A stretch of 64,000 nt of DNA from Deltaproteobacteria bacterium (GCA_019310485.1 JAFDEF010000002.1:28124-92123); one strand, 5' to 3'. Shown: positions 53,589 through 63,367, counted from the first letter of the stretch. Numbers and translations: made by a program. Notes: a model not told the origin generated them from the letters alone.

Positions 53589-55163
53589 TCACGAAACCAT
53601 GCGATCCTTGCCCGCCCAGTACTTTGCCCTTATGGCTTTCTTGTCCACTTTTCCCAGATTGGTAAGGGGAATACTCTCCCAGAACTCTACCGTCTTGGGC
53701 GCCATTAAGCTCCCTTTTCGTTCCTTTACGAACTGTATTATTTCCTTCTCCGTAACAGATTCTCCTTCGTGGAGCACAACTATCGCCTTCACCTCCTCTC
53801 CCCATTTTTCGTGGGGAACACCAATTACGGCTGCACCTTTTACCGCTGGATGCTCAAAAAGAACATCCTCTATTTCCCTGGGAAAGATGTTAAAACCCCC
53901 GCTAACGATCATGTCTTTCTTCCTGTCCACAATATAGAGGAAACCCTCCTCATCCATTTTTGCAATATCCCCTGTGTGTAACCACCCGTTCTTGATCGTT
54001 TCAGCAGTTGCTTCAGGATTCTTGAAATAACCGTGCATCATGTTCGCGCAGCGTGTCACAACCTCTCCGGGCTCTCCTGTTTTAACTTCATTGCCATTAT
54101 CATCCAAGAGTTTTATTTCCGCATGAAAAGTGGGACGCCCCGCCGAACTTAAAATCATTTTCTCTCGTTGTGGCTCTTTAACAATGTGCTCTTCCCTTGA
54201 GAGGACACTGAGCATCATTGGGGCCTCGGTCTGCCCGAAAAGCTGGCTGAAAATTGGTCCGAATGTTTCAAGTGCCTGTTTCAGCCGATCAGGGGCTATT
54301 GCAGAGGCGCCATAAATAATGTTTCTAAGACTGCTGAGATCGTATTTCTTGAGTTCCGGGTAGTCCAGCAAAACGTAGATCATGGTGGGAACTAGAAAGG
54401 ACATGGTCACCTTTTCCTTTTCTATTGTTTCAAGAAAAAGTCCGGGATCGAAATGATCTATGATCACACATCGGCCTTTTCTAAGCATCACCGGAAGCAT
54501 CAAACAGCCACCAGCGTGAGTGAGGGGGGTTGGATAGAGAAAAACTTCCTCCCAGCCAAATCCCAGCTCCAGCATCTCGATCAATATGGTGTAGACCCAG
54601 GCTCTATGGGATAGCATTACCCCCTTTGGTTTACCTGTTGTGCCTCCAGTGTAGTAGATTCCTACAAGATCCTCAGGGTCAATCTCCACTTTCTCTGCCT
54701 CCGGGGAACTCTCCTTCATCAGGCTCTGCAGGTGAAGGTGTCCCTCCATGACTGAGGATGGATCTTTGCTGACACAGATAAAATGTTTAACAGTCTCAAG
54801 CTGCGGGATCATGTCCTTGACCCTGGATGCCAGGGCCTCGTGATAGATCAAGGCCTTGCACTCTGCCTGGTTCATCATATAGATATGATCGTTATTGCTC
54901 AGCAGCACGGCGAGGGGAACTCTTATGCACCCACTCTTAGCCACTGCATATTCACAAAAAATATATTCAGGGCAATTCGCCATCAAGAATGCTATTGTAT
55001 CTCCCTTCTTAAGGCCGATTTTCCGCAATGCGCTAAGAAGGCAGTTCGCATTGTAGCCCATCTCGTTGTATGTATAGGATTCTTCCCCGTACGTTATGGC
55101 CGTGTGATTGCCATAGAAGTTAACGCAACGGTCGTAGTAATCTCCAATTGTTAATGAAATCAT
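53589..55163 (-). CDS. AMP-dependent acyl-CoA synthetase/ligase
   Basis: Start set to the ATG at 55163 (AAAGGAGGAAAC RBS; MISLTIGDYYDR...). AMP-binding motif YYTGGTTGKPKGVMLSH and a later TGD motif. Confidence 0.9.
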   Translation of the reverse strand: MISLTIGDYYDRCVNFYGNHTAITYGEESYTYNEMGYNANCLLSALRKIGLKKGDTIAFLMANCPEYIFCEYAVAKSGCIRVPLAVLLSNNDHIYMMNQAECKALIYHEALASRVKDMIPQLETVKHFICVSKDPSSVMEGHLHLQSLMKESSPEAEKVEIDPEDLVGIYYTGGTTGKPKGVMLSHRAWVYTILIEMLELGFGWEEVFLYPTPLTHAGGCLMLPVMLRKGRCVIIDHFDPGLFLETIEKEKVTMSFLVPTMIYVLLDYPELKKYDLSSLRNIIYGASAIAPDRLKQALETFGPIFSQLFGQTEAPMMLSVLSREEHIVKEPQREKMILSSAGRPTFHAEIKLLDDNGNEVKTGEPGEVVTRCANMMHGYFKNPEATAETIKNGWLHTGDIAKMDEEGFLYIVDRKKDMIVSGGFNIFPREIEDVLFEHPAVKGAAVIGVPHEKWGEEVKAIVVLHEGESVTEKEIIQFVKERKGSLMAPKTVEFWESIPLTNLGKVDKKAIRAKYWAGKDRMVS

Positions 55164-55336
55164 GTTCCGTTTCCTCCTTTGTGAATATTTCGATCCTTCG
55201 GCATCTGCTCCCCCTACCCGGATCCCGTCAGCAAGGTTGCTTTCCAGTGGGAACAGTTTAAAGATTCTCCTGTAGCGGAGGCCCCGGGAAAAGGATCGCC
55301 GCCGTCTGTGATCTTTTAACTCCCTGACTTTGCCCC

Positions 55337-56596
55337 TTACTCTTTTTGAAGTATGTTTATGCAACAAGAGAACTCTTCAGTGGATATCACCCCTCCTCCG
55401 TTTTCAGTTAGACCTATTTTCGCATTTCTAACCTGCCGCGCTCCAGCCTCGCCTCGTAGCTGGCTGATGATTTCATATATCATTGAAAGGCCGGTTGAGC
55501 CTACCGGGTGCCCCTTGGATACAAGCCCCCCTGAGGTATTAACTGGAATGGTTCCCTCCAGCTTTGTGGCTCCTGACTCTATAAATTTTCCGCCTTCTCC
55601 TATTGGACAGAAACCCAGCATCTCTGCCTGGTAAATCTCACAAAAAGAAGTGGCATCATGAAGCTCTGCCACATCAATGTCTTTCGGTTCAAGATCCGCC
55701 ATTTTGTAAGCCCTATCGGATGCCCATTTGCTTAAGCTCGGCTCTTTGATGTCTCTATGCTTCCCTGACGAAAGAACACTAGCGATCACCTTTACGGCTC
55801 TGGACCTCACCTCAGGTGGCTGGCTCTTTAAGTAATCTTCAGAGCAAAGAATAGCAGCCGCCCCTCCATCACCTATCGGCGCACACATGGACCTTGTTAG
55901 AGGATAGCTGACCATATAATCTTCCAGAACTTTTTCCACCGGGACCTCGAACTGGTACTGCGCCTTGGGGTTGAGAGAACCATAATAATGATTTTTTGAG
56001 GCCCCTATTGCTATTTGCCTCTGGGTGGTTCCGTATCTCCACATGTGCCAGCATGCCTGCATTGCATAAGTATCCATGAAAATGGTGTGCCCGGGACCGA
56101 GCTTGAATTCTCTGCCGCACTCTTTACCCACAGCCTCATACTCTTGAACCAGTCTTTGTTTGTCGCTCCTGTCTATTCCCTGCTCATAGGCGAACAACAC
56201 CTTTTCCATGTCGGGATGGTAGAATTTGTCAACACCTATGGCCAGGGATACATCGCACTGACCGCTTAATATATCCTTCCAGGCTCCGTGAAACGCCATT
56301 GAAGCCGTGGCGCAGGCACCCTCGACATTGATAATGGGGATGCGCTCGGGGAAAACTCCTTCCTCCACCAGGGGAGACATACAGACGTGTCCCCTGATTA
56401 TGTCCTGTTCCCACAGCGTTCCCATGGAACAACTCCCAAACCATGCAAACTCGATATCTCTCCCGTCTTTCATCCTGGCGTCTTCAAGAACCCCTAGATA
56501 GGTATCGCGGGTCAAATCCTTCATGGATTTATCGAGCCACTTTTTGAACCTGGTGCTATAGGAACCTATAACGTAAACGCTGCCCGGCTTTTTCAT
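55337..56596 (-). CDS. thiolase-superfamily protein (SCP-x type)
   Basis: 419 aa with nucleophile context EGACATAS and a C-terminal GHPVGSTG. Confidence 0.85.
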   Translation of the reverse strand: MKKPGSVYVIGSYSTRFKKWLDKSMKDLTRDTYLGVLEDARMKDGRDIEFAWFGSCSMGTLWEQDIIRGHVCMSPLVEEGVFPERIPIINVEGACATASMAFHGAWKDILSGQCDVSLAIGVDKFYHPDMEKVLFAYEQGIDRSDKQRLVQEYEAVGKECGREFKLGPGHTIFMDTYAMQACWHMWRYGTTQRQIAIGASKNHYYGSLNPKAQYQFEVPVEKVLEDYMVSYPLTRSMCAPIGDGGAAAILCSEDYLKSQPPEVRSRAVKVIASVLSSGKHRDIKEPSLSKWASDRAYKMADLEPKDIDVAELHDATSFCEIYQAEMLGFCPIGEGGKFIESGATKLEGTIPVNTSGGLVSKGHPVGSTGLSMIYEIISQLRGEAGARQVRNAKIGLTENGGGVISTEEFSCCINILQKE

Positions 56597-56675
56597 TTCT
56601 CAGCCTCCGTGTACTTAACTTCCACATGTGTGTATTGCAAAAGATGGGGGGTTTGTTGCATCATTATCCGTTTTG

Positions 56676-57125
56676 CTAGGTTCGCATGTGGAACATCATC
56701 TTGTAGTCAAAAACCATTACTTTTTCACCCTTTTGGTTTTTTACGCTATAGCGCCACACCTGCACCCCACGGTCAGGCTTGCTTGTTTTTTGCTTGTCTA
56801 TAACTTCCACCTCGACACTTATGGTATCTCCAATATAGACAGGAGCCAGCATTTTCATATTGTCTGCCCCCAGCCATGCGATGGCAGCGTCTCCTGCAAA
56901 ACCTTTAGTGCTCACCAGGCCCACTGCCAGGGCAAAGATCAAGGGTCCATGTGCAAGTCTCTGACCGAATTGGCTTTTGGCTGCATACTCCTTGTCTACA
57001 TGGAGCGGGTAAAAGTCCATAGTGAGCCCTGCCCAGTTTACCAGGTGTGTCTCGGTTACCGTTATGGCACCTGTTGTGTAAACATCCCCCACATTAAAAT
57101 CGTCTCCGTACTTGCTGTGTTCCAT
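56676..57125 (-). CDS. MaoC-like (R)-specific enoyl-CoA hydratase/dehydratase (hot-dog fold)
   Basis: 149 aa with ..DFYPLHVDKEYAAKSQFGQRLAHGPL..., the typical MaoC signature. Confidence 0.85.
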   Translation of the reverse strand: MEHSKYGDDFNVGDVYTTGAITVTETHLVNWAGLTMDFYPLHVDKEYAAKSQFGQRLAHGPLIFALAVGLVSTKGFAGDAAIAWLGADNMKMLAPVYIGDTISVEVEVIDKQKTSKPDRGVQVWRYSVKNQKGEKVMVFDYKMMFHMRT

Positions 57126-57215
57126 ACTTTACCTCACTTTTTTCTCAAATTGCTGTTTTTGTGATCAAGAGGGTTTCCTTTAGCAGAAGATTGGGCTTCT
57201 TGCCCAAAACATTTC

Positions 57216-57629
57216 TCACTCCTTGGCCGGCTTGAATTTGGGTAATGTAAACCCATCGTTTAGTTTTTCAAATGTTACCTCTACAGGCATGTCGCATTTG
57301 AGCTCACTGGGTTCACAACCAACTATATTGCTCAACATTTGAACACCCTCTTCAAGTTTTATGATTGCTACCACATAGGGCATATCATCAATAAAGGCAG
57401 AGGGAGCATTATTCACTACAACAGTATAGGAATATATCGTCCCCTTGCCGGATGCTTCCACCCACTCGACATTTTCTGAAAAGCAATAAGGACATACAAT
57501 TCTCGGGTAGAAAATAAATTTTTCACAGTCCTTGCATTTTTGAATCAGCAGTTTTCTTTCGCGAGCGCCCTCCCAGAAAGGTTTTGCCCACGGATTCACA
57601 ACTGGAAGTGGTTTTTTGATCTTTCCCAT
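57216..57629 (-). CDS. DUF35 Zn-ribbon/OB-fold protein (thiolase scaffold subunit)
   Basis: 137 aa with CKDCEKFIFYPRIVCPYC followed by an OB-fold (GTIYSYTVV...VVAIIKLEEG). Confidence 0.85.
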   Translation of the reverse strand: MGKIKKPLPVVNPWAKPFWEGARERKLLIQKCKDCEKFIFYPRIVCPYCFSENVEWVEASGKGTIYSYTVVVNNAPSAFIDDMPYVVAIIKLEEGVQMLSNIVGCEPSELKCDMPVEVTFEKLNDGFTLPKFKPAKE

Positions 57630-57643
57630 ATCAGTCCTCCTCC

Positions 57644-58828
57644 CTATGGAATCTCAGTGCCTAAAATAGTAACTTGCGCATCCATGTAAGTCCCTCCTGT
57701 TCCTGTCTCTACTGCAAACCTGGCCCCTTCCACCTGCCTTTGTCCCGCCTTTCCCATCAGTTGCCTAGCGGCTTCGACAATGAGGGAAACCCCGCCTCCT
57801 GCTCCTATGTGCCCTTTGGAGAGCATGCCTCCATCGGTGGTGGTAGGGATTTTGCCTCCTGGCCATGTCTCTCCTCTCATAAATATTTCACCTGCTTCTC
57901 CCCTCTGGCAAAACCCCAGTTCCTCAAAGCCGATGAGTTGATATACCGGGTAAGAGTCGTAGATTTCAGCAACGTCAATATCCTCAGCGCTCAGTCCTGC
58001 TTCACCAAAGGCCTCCTTTGCCGCTTTTGCCCAGCCAAACCGGCACAAGTCAGGTTCCTGAGAAAATACAAAATGGGTAACAACTCCGCCTTCGCCCAGC
58101 ACATAGACAGGTTTGTTAGGAAGATCCTTTGCCCTTTCTGCAGACGTGAGGATAAAGGCCGAGCCTCCATCAAAAAGCATATTGGACATCTTTGCCCTCA
58201 AGGGCGTGGAGAGCATCTTGGAAGAAAGCACCTCCTCTATTGTAAGCGGCTTTTTGAAGAACGCGTTGGGATTTAATTCCGCCCACTTTCTGTTTGAGAC
58301 GCACACTGCCGCCAGTTGCTCATCAGTGCAACCCGTTTCAAACTTGTATCTGGTTGTCGTGAGTGCAGCTATGGCCGAGTAGTGCTGACCATAAGGAACC
58401 TCCCACTCCGCAGAAATTCCGGCAGTGGAGAACAGGTCTATCCCCTCCTGCAAGTTCACTCCAGTGCCAAGTCTGTCAGCATGGACATATAAAACATACT
58501 TGGCCGCACCTGTAACAATGAGACTACCGGCCATTTGAAGTCCACAGCTTCCGCTTGAGCCCCCTGAAAAAACCTGGCAGTTCTTCTTGCAATTGACCAG
58601 ACCCAGTTCCTCTACAATACGTGAGGTAACCAGTTCCGTATTAAACTGGGGGCTAAAAAGTGCTGCTGTTGGCATAACAAAATCGATCTCTTCCTTTTTT
58701 ATGCCAGCATCTTTTATGGCGCGCCGTGCAGACTCAATGGCATGGTAAATAGCCGCTGTTTCCGGAAATCTTCCAGTAGGAACCTCGCCGATTCCAACAA
58801 TTGCCACTTTGCCTCTTAACCCAGTCAT
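57644..58828 (-). CDS. thiolase-superfamily protein lacking the canonical nucleophile Cys (possible Ltp2-like aldolase/lyase)
   Basis: ATG at 58828 (GGAGGAG RBS). Where the two paralogs have (M/A)CATAS, this one has GGSSGS by eye alignment. The C-terminal GHIGAGGG is retained. Confidence 0.75.
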   Translation of the reverse strand: MTGLRGKVAIVGIGEVPTGRFPETAAIYHAIESARRAIKDAGIKKEEIDFVMPTAALFSPQFNTELVTSRIVEELGLVNCKKNCQVFSGGSSGSCGLQMAGSLIVTGAAKYVLYVHADRLGTGVNLQEGIDLFSTAGISAEWEVPYGQHYSAIAALTTTRYKFETGCTDEQLAAVCVSNRKWAELNPNAFFKKPLTIEEVLSSKMLSTPLRAKMSNMLFDGGSAFILTSAERAKDLPNKPVYVLGEGGVVTHFVFSQEPDLCRFGWAKAAKEAFGEAGLSAEDIDVAEIYDSYPVYQLIGFEELGFCQRGEAGEIFMRGETWPGGKIPTTTDGGMLSKGHIGAGGGVSLIVEAARQLMGKAGQRQVEGARFAVETGTGGTYMDAQVTILGTEIP

Positions 58829-58956
58829 AAAAGTCTCCTCCACGCGGGTTACAAATTTTTCAAAACTCTTTTCTAAAAGCTCCCAGAGATCGCCCTCTAT
58901 TCATTGCCTTAAAGACCTTTGCCGCGTTCAGCTCTCTCCGCGATACCCATTTTGTT

Positions 58957-60264
58957 TCAAGCATGCTTCAGGCGGGTTGCAGCATCCTTGGCTGCAGCTA
59001 TCCCACTCTGGGCAGCTCCCGCCATTGCGGTCATGCCTGGTTCTGAGATAAAGCCGTCCCCAACAGCATATAGATTCACTATTGGAGTTCTTTGAGGCAT
59101 GGCCTGCCCTGCGATGCTAAACATTGCGGGCCAGTCTCCATGGTAGATTCCAGTCATTAATACCTCTGCATGGGATTCAAAGGCAGGCAGAATTTCCCTC
59201 AGGTCCTGCAGGCAGAGGTCAATTTCTTCCCGCGCTTCTATTGGATTGAGGGAACTCACGGGATCCGCGCCGGCAACCAAGTAATGGGTTCCCGGTGGTG
59301 CCAGTTCAGGACATACGCTGGTAAGCTGAAAAATAGCATTCACCCTTCGGGCCCCAACAACAAGCAAGTGGTCATAGTCCAGCAAAGGCACCTCGGATTT
59401 TATATGAATACCAATGGCTCTGGCCGGCGTAAGCCTCCCGAGCGCCTCAACGTAGCCCTTGCCAAAGTTTTCTTTGCCTGCAAGGGCCACTGTCCTCCCC
59501 GGCCCGCAATTACTTATTACCACAGAAGCTTTCACTTCCAGCTCCTTGCCTCCCCTGCGCACAATAGCCCCCGTGACCTTTCCATCTTCTGAAAGAATAT
59601 GGATTGCTGGAGAGTTCGTCCAAATCTTTCCCTCATGGCGCTCAATCACCTTGGCAAGGGAGCTGGGAAGTGCAATGCTACCCTCGGGGCAAACTCCCCA
59701 GTCGCGAAAGCCCCTGTGTTGCTTTAGAAAAAGGAAAAACCCCTTGGCTGATATCTGATCTATGCCCACAATCGCTGTGGCCGCTGCCATTGTTTGAAAT
59801 AGATCAAGCACACTCTTGGTCTTTGCAAACTGCAAGAGCCACTCCTTCATGGTGATTGTTTCAGGCGGCGGAGCCCAGTTCATGGCTCTGGCGAAAGCCC
59901 TGACAACCCCCTCAATTTCATCCTCATCATCAGTTGCAGCTGAGAGCAGGGCCCTCAGTCCTCCTTTAGCAGGTAGTTCCACTACCTTTCCGTTAATGAG
60001 GTAGTGAGGAATGCCACATTCCCGAACGTTAAACTCGGCCCCAACATGTTGAAAAAGTTCTTCAAGCGGGCCGCCCAGACCCGGACCTACCACTCCCGTG
60101 GTGCACTTTATCCCGTTATACTCAATAGTTGAACAATGCCCTCCAATACGCGGCAGTGCCTCAACTACCAGAACCTTGTATCCCTCATGGCTTAAGTAAG
60201 CCCCGGCGCACATTCCCGCTATGCCGGAACCTATAATGAGCACTTCAACCTGTTTTTTTGCCAT
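58957..60264 (-). CDS. FAD-dependent oxidoreductase (phytoene-desaturase / amine-oxidase-like fold)
   Basis: 435 aa with the dinucleotide motif VLIIGSGIAGMCAGAYL and a C-terminal FAD motif (LYAVGDG). Confidence 0.8.
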   Translation of the reverse strand: MAKKQVEVLIIGSGIAGMCAGAYLSHEGYKVLVVEALPRIGGHCSTIEYNGIKCTTGVVGPGLGGPLEELFQHVGAEFNVRECGIPHYLINGKVVELPAKGGLRALLSAATDDEDEIEGVVRAFARAMNWAPPPETITMKEWLLQFAKTKSVLDLFQTMAAATAIVGIDQISAKGFFLFLKQHRGFRDWGVCPEGSIALPSSLAKVIERHEGKIWTNSPAIHILSEDGKVTGAIVRRGGKELEVKASVVISNCGPGRTVALAGKENFGKGYVEALGRLTPARAIGIHIKSEVPLLDYDHLLVVGARRVNAIFQLTSVCPELAPPGTHYLVAGADPVSSLNPIEAREEIDLCLQDLREILPAFESHAEVLMTGIYHGDWPAMFSIAGQAMPQRTPIVNLYAVGDGFISEPGMTAMAGAAQSGIAAAKDAATRLKHA

Positions 60265-60442
60265 GACCCTCTCCCTCGTTGTTCTCCTTCAGTGCCCCCA
60301 CCGGACAAAAATCCAGACAAAGTAAGCATTCACTGCAATTCTCATTGACCTCTGCCCTTCCATAGCACGAAATAGCTCCCTCGGGGCAAACCGGAACACA
60401 CAAAGAACAACCCACGCATCTTTCTTCGACAACCTTAACCAT
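60245..60442 (-). CDS. 2x[4Fe-4S] ferredoxin
   Basis: 65 aa from the ATG at 60442, with CVGCSLCVPVCP and CSECLLCLDFCP. The 3' end overlaps the oxidoreductase start by 20 nt. Confidence 0.8.
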   Translation of the reverse strand: MVKVVEERCVGCSLCVPVCPEGAISCYGRAEVNENCSECLLCLDFCPVGALKENNEGEGHGKKTG

Positions 60443-60612
60443 GATTAACTTCTCTCCTGAAAAGACCCTGCTCAAAGGCTCCTGCAAGTACCTTCAAATG
60501 CAGGGTAGAAAAACTCCCCCTCCCGACACTCACTGGAGGGCTTTTCTGCTGCCGCTCTTCCCGGCACAGCAAAAGCTGCGGCCACGGTGCCGGCCGCATC
60601 TGCCCCTCCCGG

Positions 60613-61758
60613 CTACAAGCCGAGTTGTTTACCTATTATGTTTTTCTGAATCTGGGTGGTTCCACCTCCTATGGAAAGAACCAGCACATCCCGGAGGTAT
60701 CTTTGCGCATCATATTCCATGGTATATCCATATCCACCAAGGATCTGCACACCATTTAGTGCAATTTTCTTGGCAACCTCTGAGCAGAAGTACTTGGACA
60801 TCGAAGTCTCTTTTACACACTCCATCCTTTGAGTTTCTTTCCATGCAGCATAGTACGCAAGCCTTCTCGCAGCCTCTAATTCAGTTGCCATATCCACCAG
60901 TTTATGCTGGATAACCTGGAAAGTCCCGATAGGCTTCCCAAACTGCTCTCTTTGTTTCGCATAATTGAGTGCATACTCAAATGCTCCCTGGCCTATGCCC
61001 AGTGCACAGGCTGAAAGCAAGAGCCTCTCCGTATTGAGCAGTCTCATCATTTGTTTCCATCCGTGATTAAGGCACTCGGGTCCTCCAAGGATATTTTCAA
61101 GTGGCACCTCGACATCATCATAGTATACTTCACAAGTGTTGGAGCCTCTGTAGCCAAGATCTTTGATCGGCCTCGTGCTGAATCCTTTAGAAGAAGTTTC
61201 CACAAGGAAATCAGTAATTCCACCAAACCTTGGCTCTGCCGTCCGAGCATTCGTGACCACGATATCACTAACCCCCGCTCCGGTTATAAATATCTTGCTC
61301 CCATTGATGATGTAGCGTCCATCCCTCAGTTCGGCCTTGGTGCGAATGCTCGCCGCATCTGATCCGGCATTTGGCTCGGTGAGCGCGTAGGCAAAAATCA
61401 CCTCCCCCTTGGCGAGCCTGGGAAGATATTTTTTCTTTTGCTCCTCGCTTCCATTTGTCTTGATTATCTCATTACCATAAAGGATGATGTTCCCTGCTGC
61501 CCACGCAAGCACCGGAAGAGCCCTGGATATTTCTTCGAATAGGATCATTTCGTCTACAATATTACCCCCCTGCCCCCCGTACTCTTCCGGTACATTGATG
61601 CCCATTATTCCCAGCTCGCTGAGTTTTGCGAGCAGTTCACGCGGAAACCTGTCTTGCTCGTCGATTTCTCTTGCAACCTCGGGAGGAATCTCAGCTTGCG
61701 TGAACTTTCGAACCATGTCTCTGAGCATGTTTTGTTCTTCTGTGAAACTGTAATCCAT
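60613..61758 (-). CDS. acyl-CoA dehydrogenase
   Basis: 381 aa with typical ACAD N/M/C domains (..ALTEPNAGSD.., ..QILGGYGY..). Confidence 0.9.
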   Translation of the reverse strand: MDYSFTEEQNMLRDMVRKFTQAEIPPEVAREIDEQDRFPRELLAKLSELGIMGINVPEEYGGQGGNIVDEMILFEEISRALPVLAWAAGNIILYGNEIIKTNGSEEQKKKYLPRLAKGEVIFAYALTEPNAGSDAASIRTKAELRDGRYIINGSKIFITGAGVSDIVVTNARTAEPRFGGITDFLVETSSKGFSTRPIKDLGYRGSNTCEVYYDDVEVPLENILGGPECLNHGWKQMMRLLNTERLLLSACALGIGQGAFEYALNYAKQREQFGKPIGTFQVIQHKLVDMATELEAARRLAYYAAWKETQRMECVKETSMSKYFCSEVAKKIALNGVQILGGYGYTMEYDAQRYLRDVLVLSIGGGTTQIQKNIIGKQLGL

Positions 61759-61863
61759 TTACTCCTTCCTCCTAGTTCACCCTTTCTCTTACGACAGCAG
61801 GTCATAAAAAAAGCCTGCTCATTTTTCAGTCCACTCTCTCCCCTGAATCGCGCAAATAAGGCA

Positions 61864-62769
61864 TTAGGCTTTACCTGGATCTATGCTACTTACAAGCCTT
61901 TTGCACGCTTCATGATAGTTTTGGACCATTTCACGTATCACTTCTGCTGCGCTCTTTATTTCGTCAACCTGCGCCACACTCTGACCTGCGCTCCAAAACT
62001 CCCGCCAGCGCTTCGAGCGCACATGCGGTTGCCTGTCAAAGCTTTCTATGCTTTTTGCGATCCAGGTAGCCCGGTTTCCGGTTATCCTGTCAGTGCAAAC
62101 TATGTCTTCAGGACCAGCCTGCACCACTGCTTTTTTGTATTCAGTGAGAGCCCTTGACTCTGTCGTTGCAACCAGTCTTGTCCCAACTACAACGGCACAG
62201 GCACCTATGGCCATAGCCGCCGCCATTTGTGCGCCTGTGCTGATACCTCCAGCCGCTATTACGGGAAGCCCTGTTTTCGATTTAAGGTACGGAACCAAAA
62301 TTATAGTTGGTATTTCGCCGCAGTGACCCCCGGCACCGCACGCCACTGCCACAAGCCCGTCAACGCCCCTCTCACGTGCTTTCAGCGCCTGCTCGAGGTT
62401 AATTACGTCGGCAAAAACTCTCCCTCCACTAGCATGGACATCGTCGAGGATCAATCGTGGATCCCCAAGGGAAGATATAAAAAACTTCACGCCTGCTTCC
62501 AGGCACAGACCAAGTTGTTCTTTCCAGTCAAACCTTCCTGAAAGATGGATATTAACTCCAATGGGTTTATCTGTTCTTTCCCTAATCTTGATAAGTGTTT
62601 TTTTCAGTTCCTCTGTGGTACGGAAATTTGGAAGAGGAATAGCGCCCATTCCCCCGGCCTCCGAGACCGCTGCCGCGAGCTCCTCGTAGGATATCAAGAA
62701 CATTGGCGCGCCTATGATGGGATAATCAATACCCATCATTTTGGTGAACTCTGTTTCAATCCTTTTCAT
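61864..62769 (-). CDS. nitronate monooxygenase / FabK-like FMN enoyl reductase family protein
   Basis: 301 aa with MGIDYPIIGAPMFLIS...EAGGMGAIP and AAGGI motifs. Confidence 0.8.
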   Translation of the reverse strand: MKRIETEFTKMMGIDYPIIGAPMFLISYEELAAAVSEAGGMGAIPLPNFRTTEELKKTLIKIRERTDKPIGVNIHLSGRFDWKEQLGLCLEAGVKFFISSLGDPRLILDDVHASGGRVFADVINLEQALKARERGVDGLVAVACGAGGHCGEIPTIILVPYLKSKTGLPVIAAGGISTGAQMAAAMAIGACAVVVGTRLVATTESRALTEYKKAVVQAGPEDIVCTDRITGNRATWIAKSIESFDRQPHVRSKRWREFWSAGQSVAQVDEIKSAAEVIREMVQNYHEACKRLVSSIDPGKA

Positions 62770-62824
62770 TGAAATCTCTTCCCGCCCCGTGAATCCCGTT
62801 ACAGTGCTTGGGCGCAGTCAAAGG

Positions 62825-63367
62825 CTAGTCTACAAGCATGAGGCAGTACTCATTGTTGGTCTCTTCTCTTCGTCTGAGAGTTTTTATAAAAAAACCATTA
62901 TTTCTGGCAGTCTGATACACATCAATCCCACATGCCTCCATACACGGCCTGGCCCTGTCCAGGAAATTGCACGGCTTTCCCTCAAGCTTTGCGCATTTCT
63001 TACAAATCCTGCATGGACCGGCAAGCATAACGAATGCCTTGTAAAAACCGTCCTTAAACATCTCACCTTCCAGGTCTACGAGATTGTCAAAAAATTCCCT
63101 GTAGCGCTTTTCCTTCTTCGGCATGTGGGGTACTTCAATATGAAAAAGAATGCACCGGTGGTAGCTGTCCAGAATAGTTCTTGTCTGCTCCGGTGTTGGT
63201 GTATCAGGAGGGCAACAGTACCCTTTGCCATACCCTACACAGCCAAACTGGCATTTCAACCTCACCCAAGGTGCTGTTACAACGCTACTGGGGTGAATTT
63301 CCTTTGCATCCCTCGCACCTCTCGCAACTGCCTGCGCACAATATTTCTCCAGATCTGCATCGACCAT
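62825..63367 (-). CDS. DUF2284-like predicted metal-binding protein
   Basis: 180 aa with CQFGCVGYGKGYCCPP and a later CRICKKC. Family assigned from motif memory. Confidence 0.6.
   Translation of the reverse strand: MVDADLEKYCAQAVARGARDAKEIHPSSVVTAPWVRLKCQFGCVGYGKGYCCPPDTPTPEQTRTILDSYHRCILFHIEVPHMPKKEKRYREFFDNLVDLEGEMFKDGFYKAFVMLAGPCRICKKCAKLEGKPCNFLDRARPCMEACGIDVYQTARNNGFFIKTLRRREETNNEYCLMLVD

Noticed and set aside
53589-55367. 592-aa track ORF extending the acyl-CoA ligase by 68 Arg-rich residues.
   Set aside because: The extension overlaps the upstream thiolase stop region and has no RBS. The ATG at 55163 is preceded by AAAGGAGGAAAC and starts the conserved ligase N-terminus.
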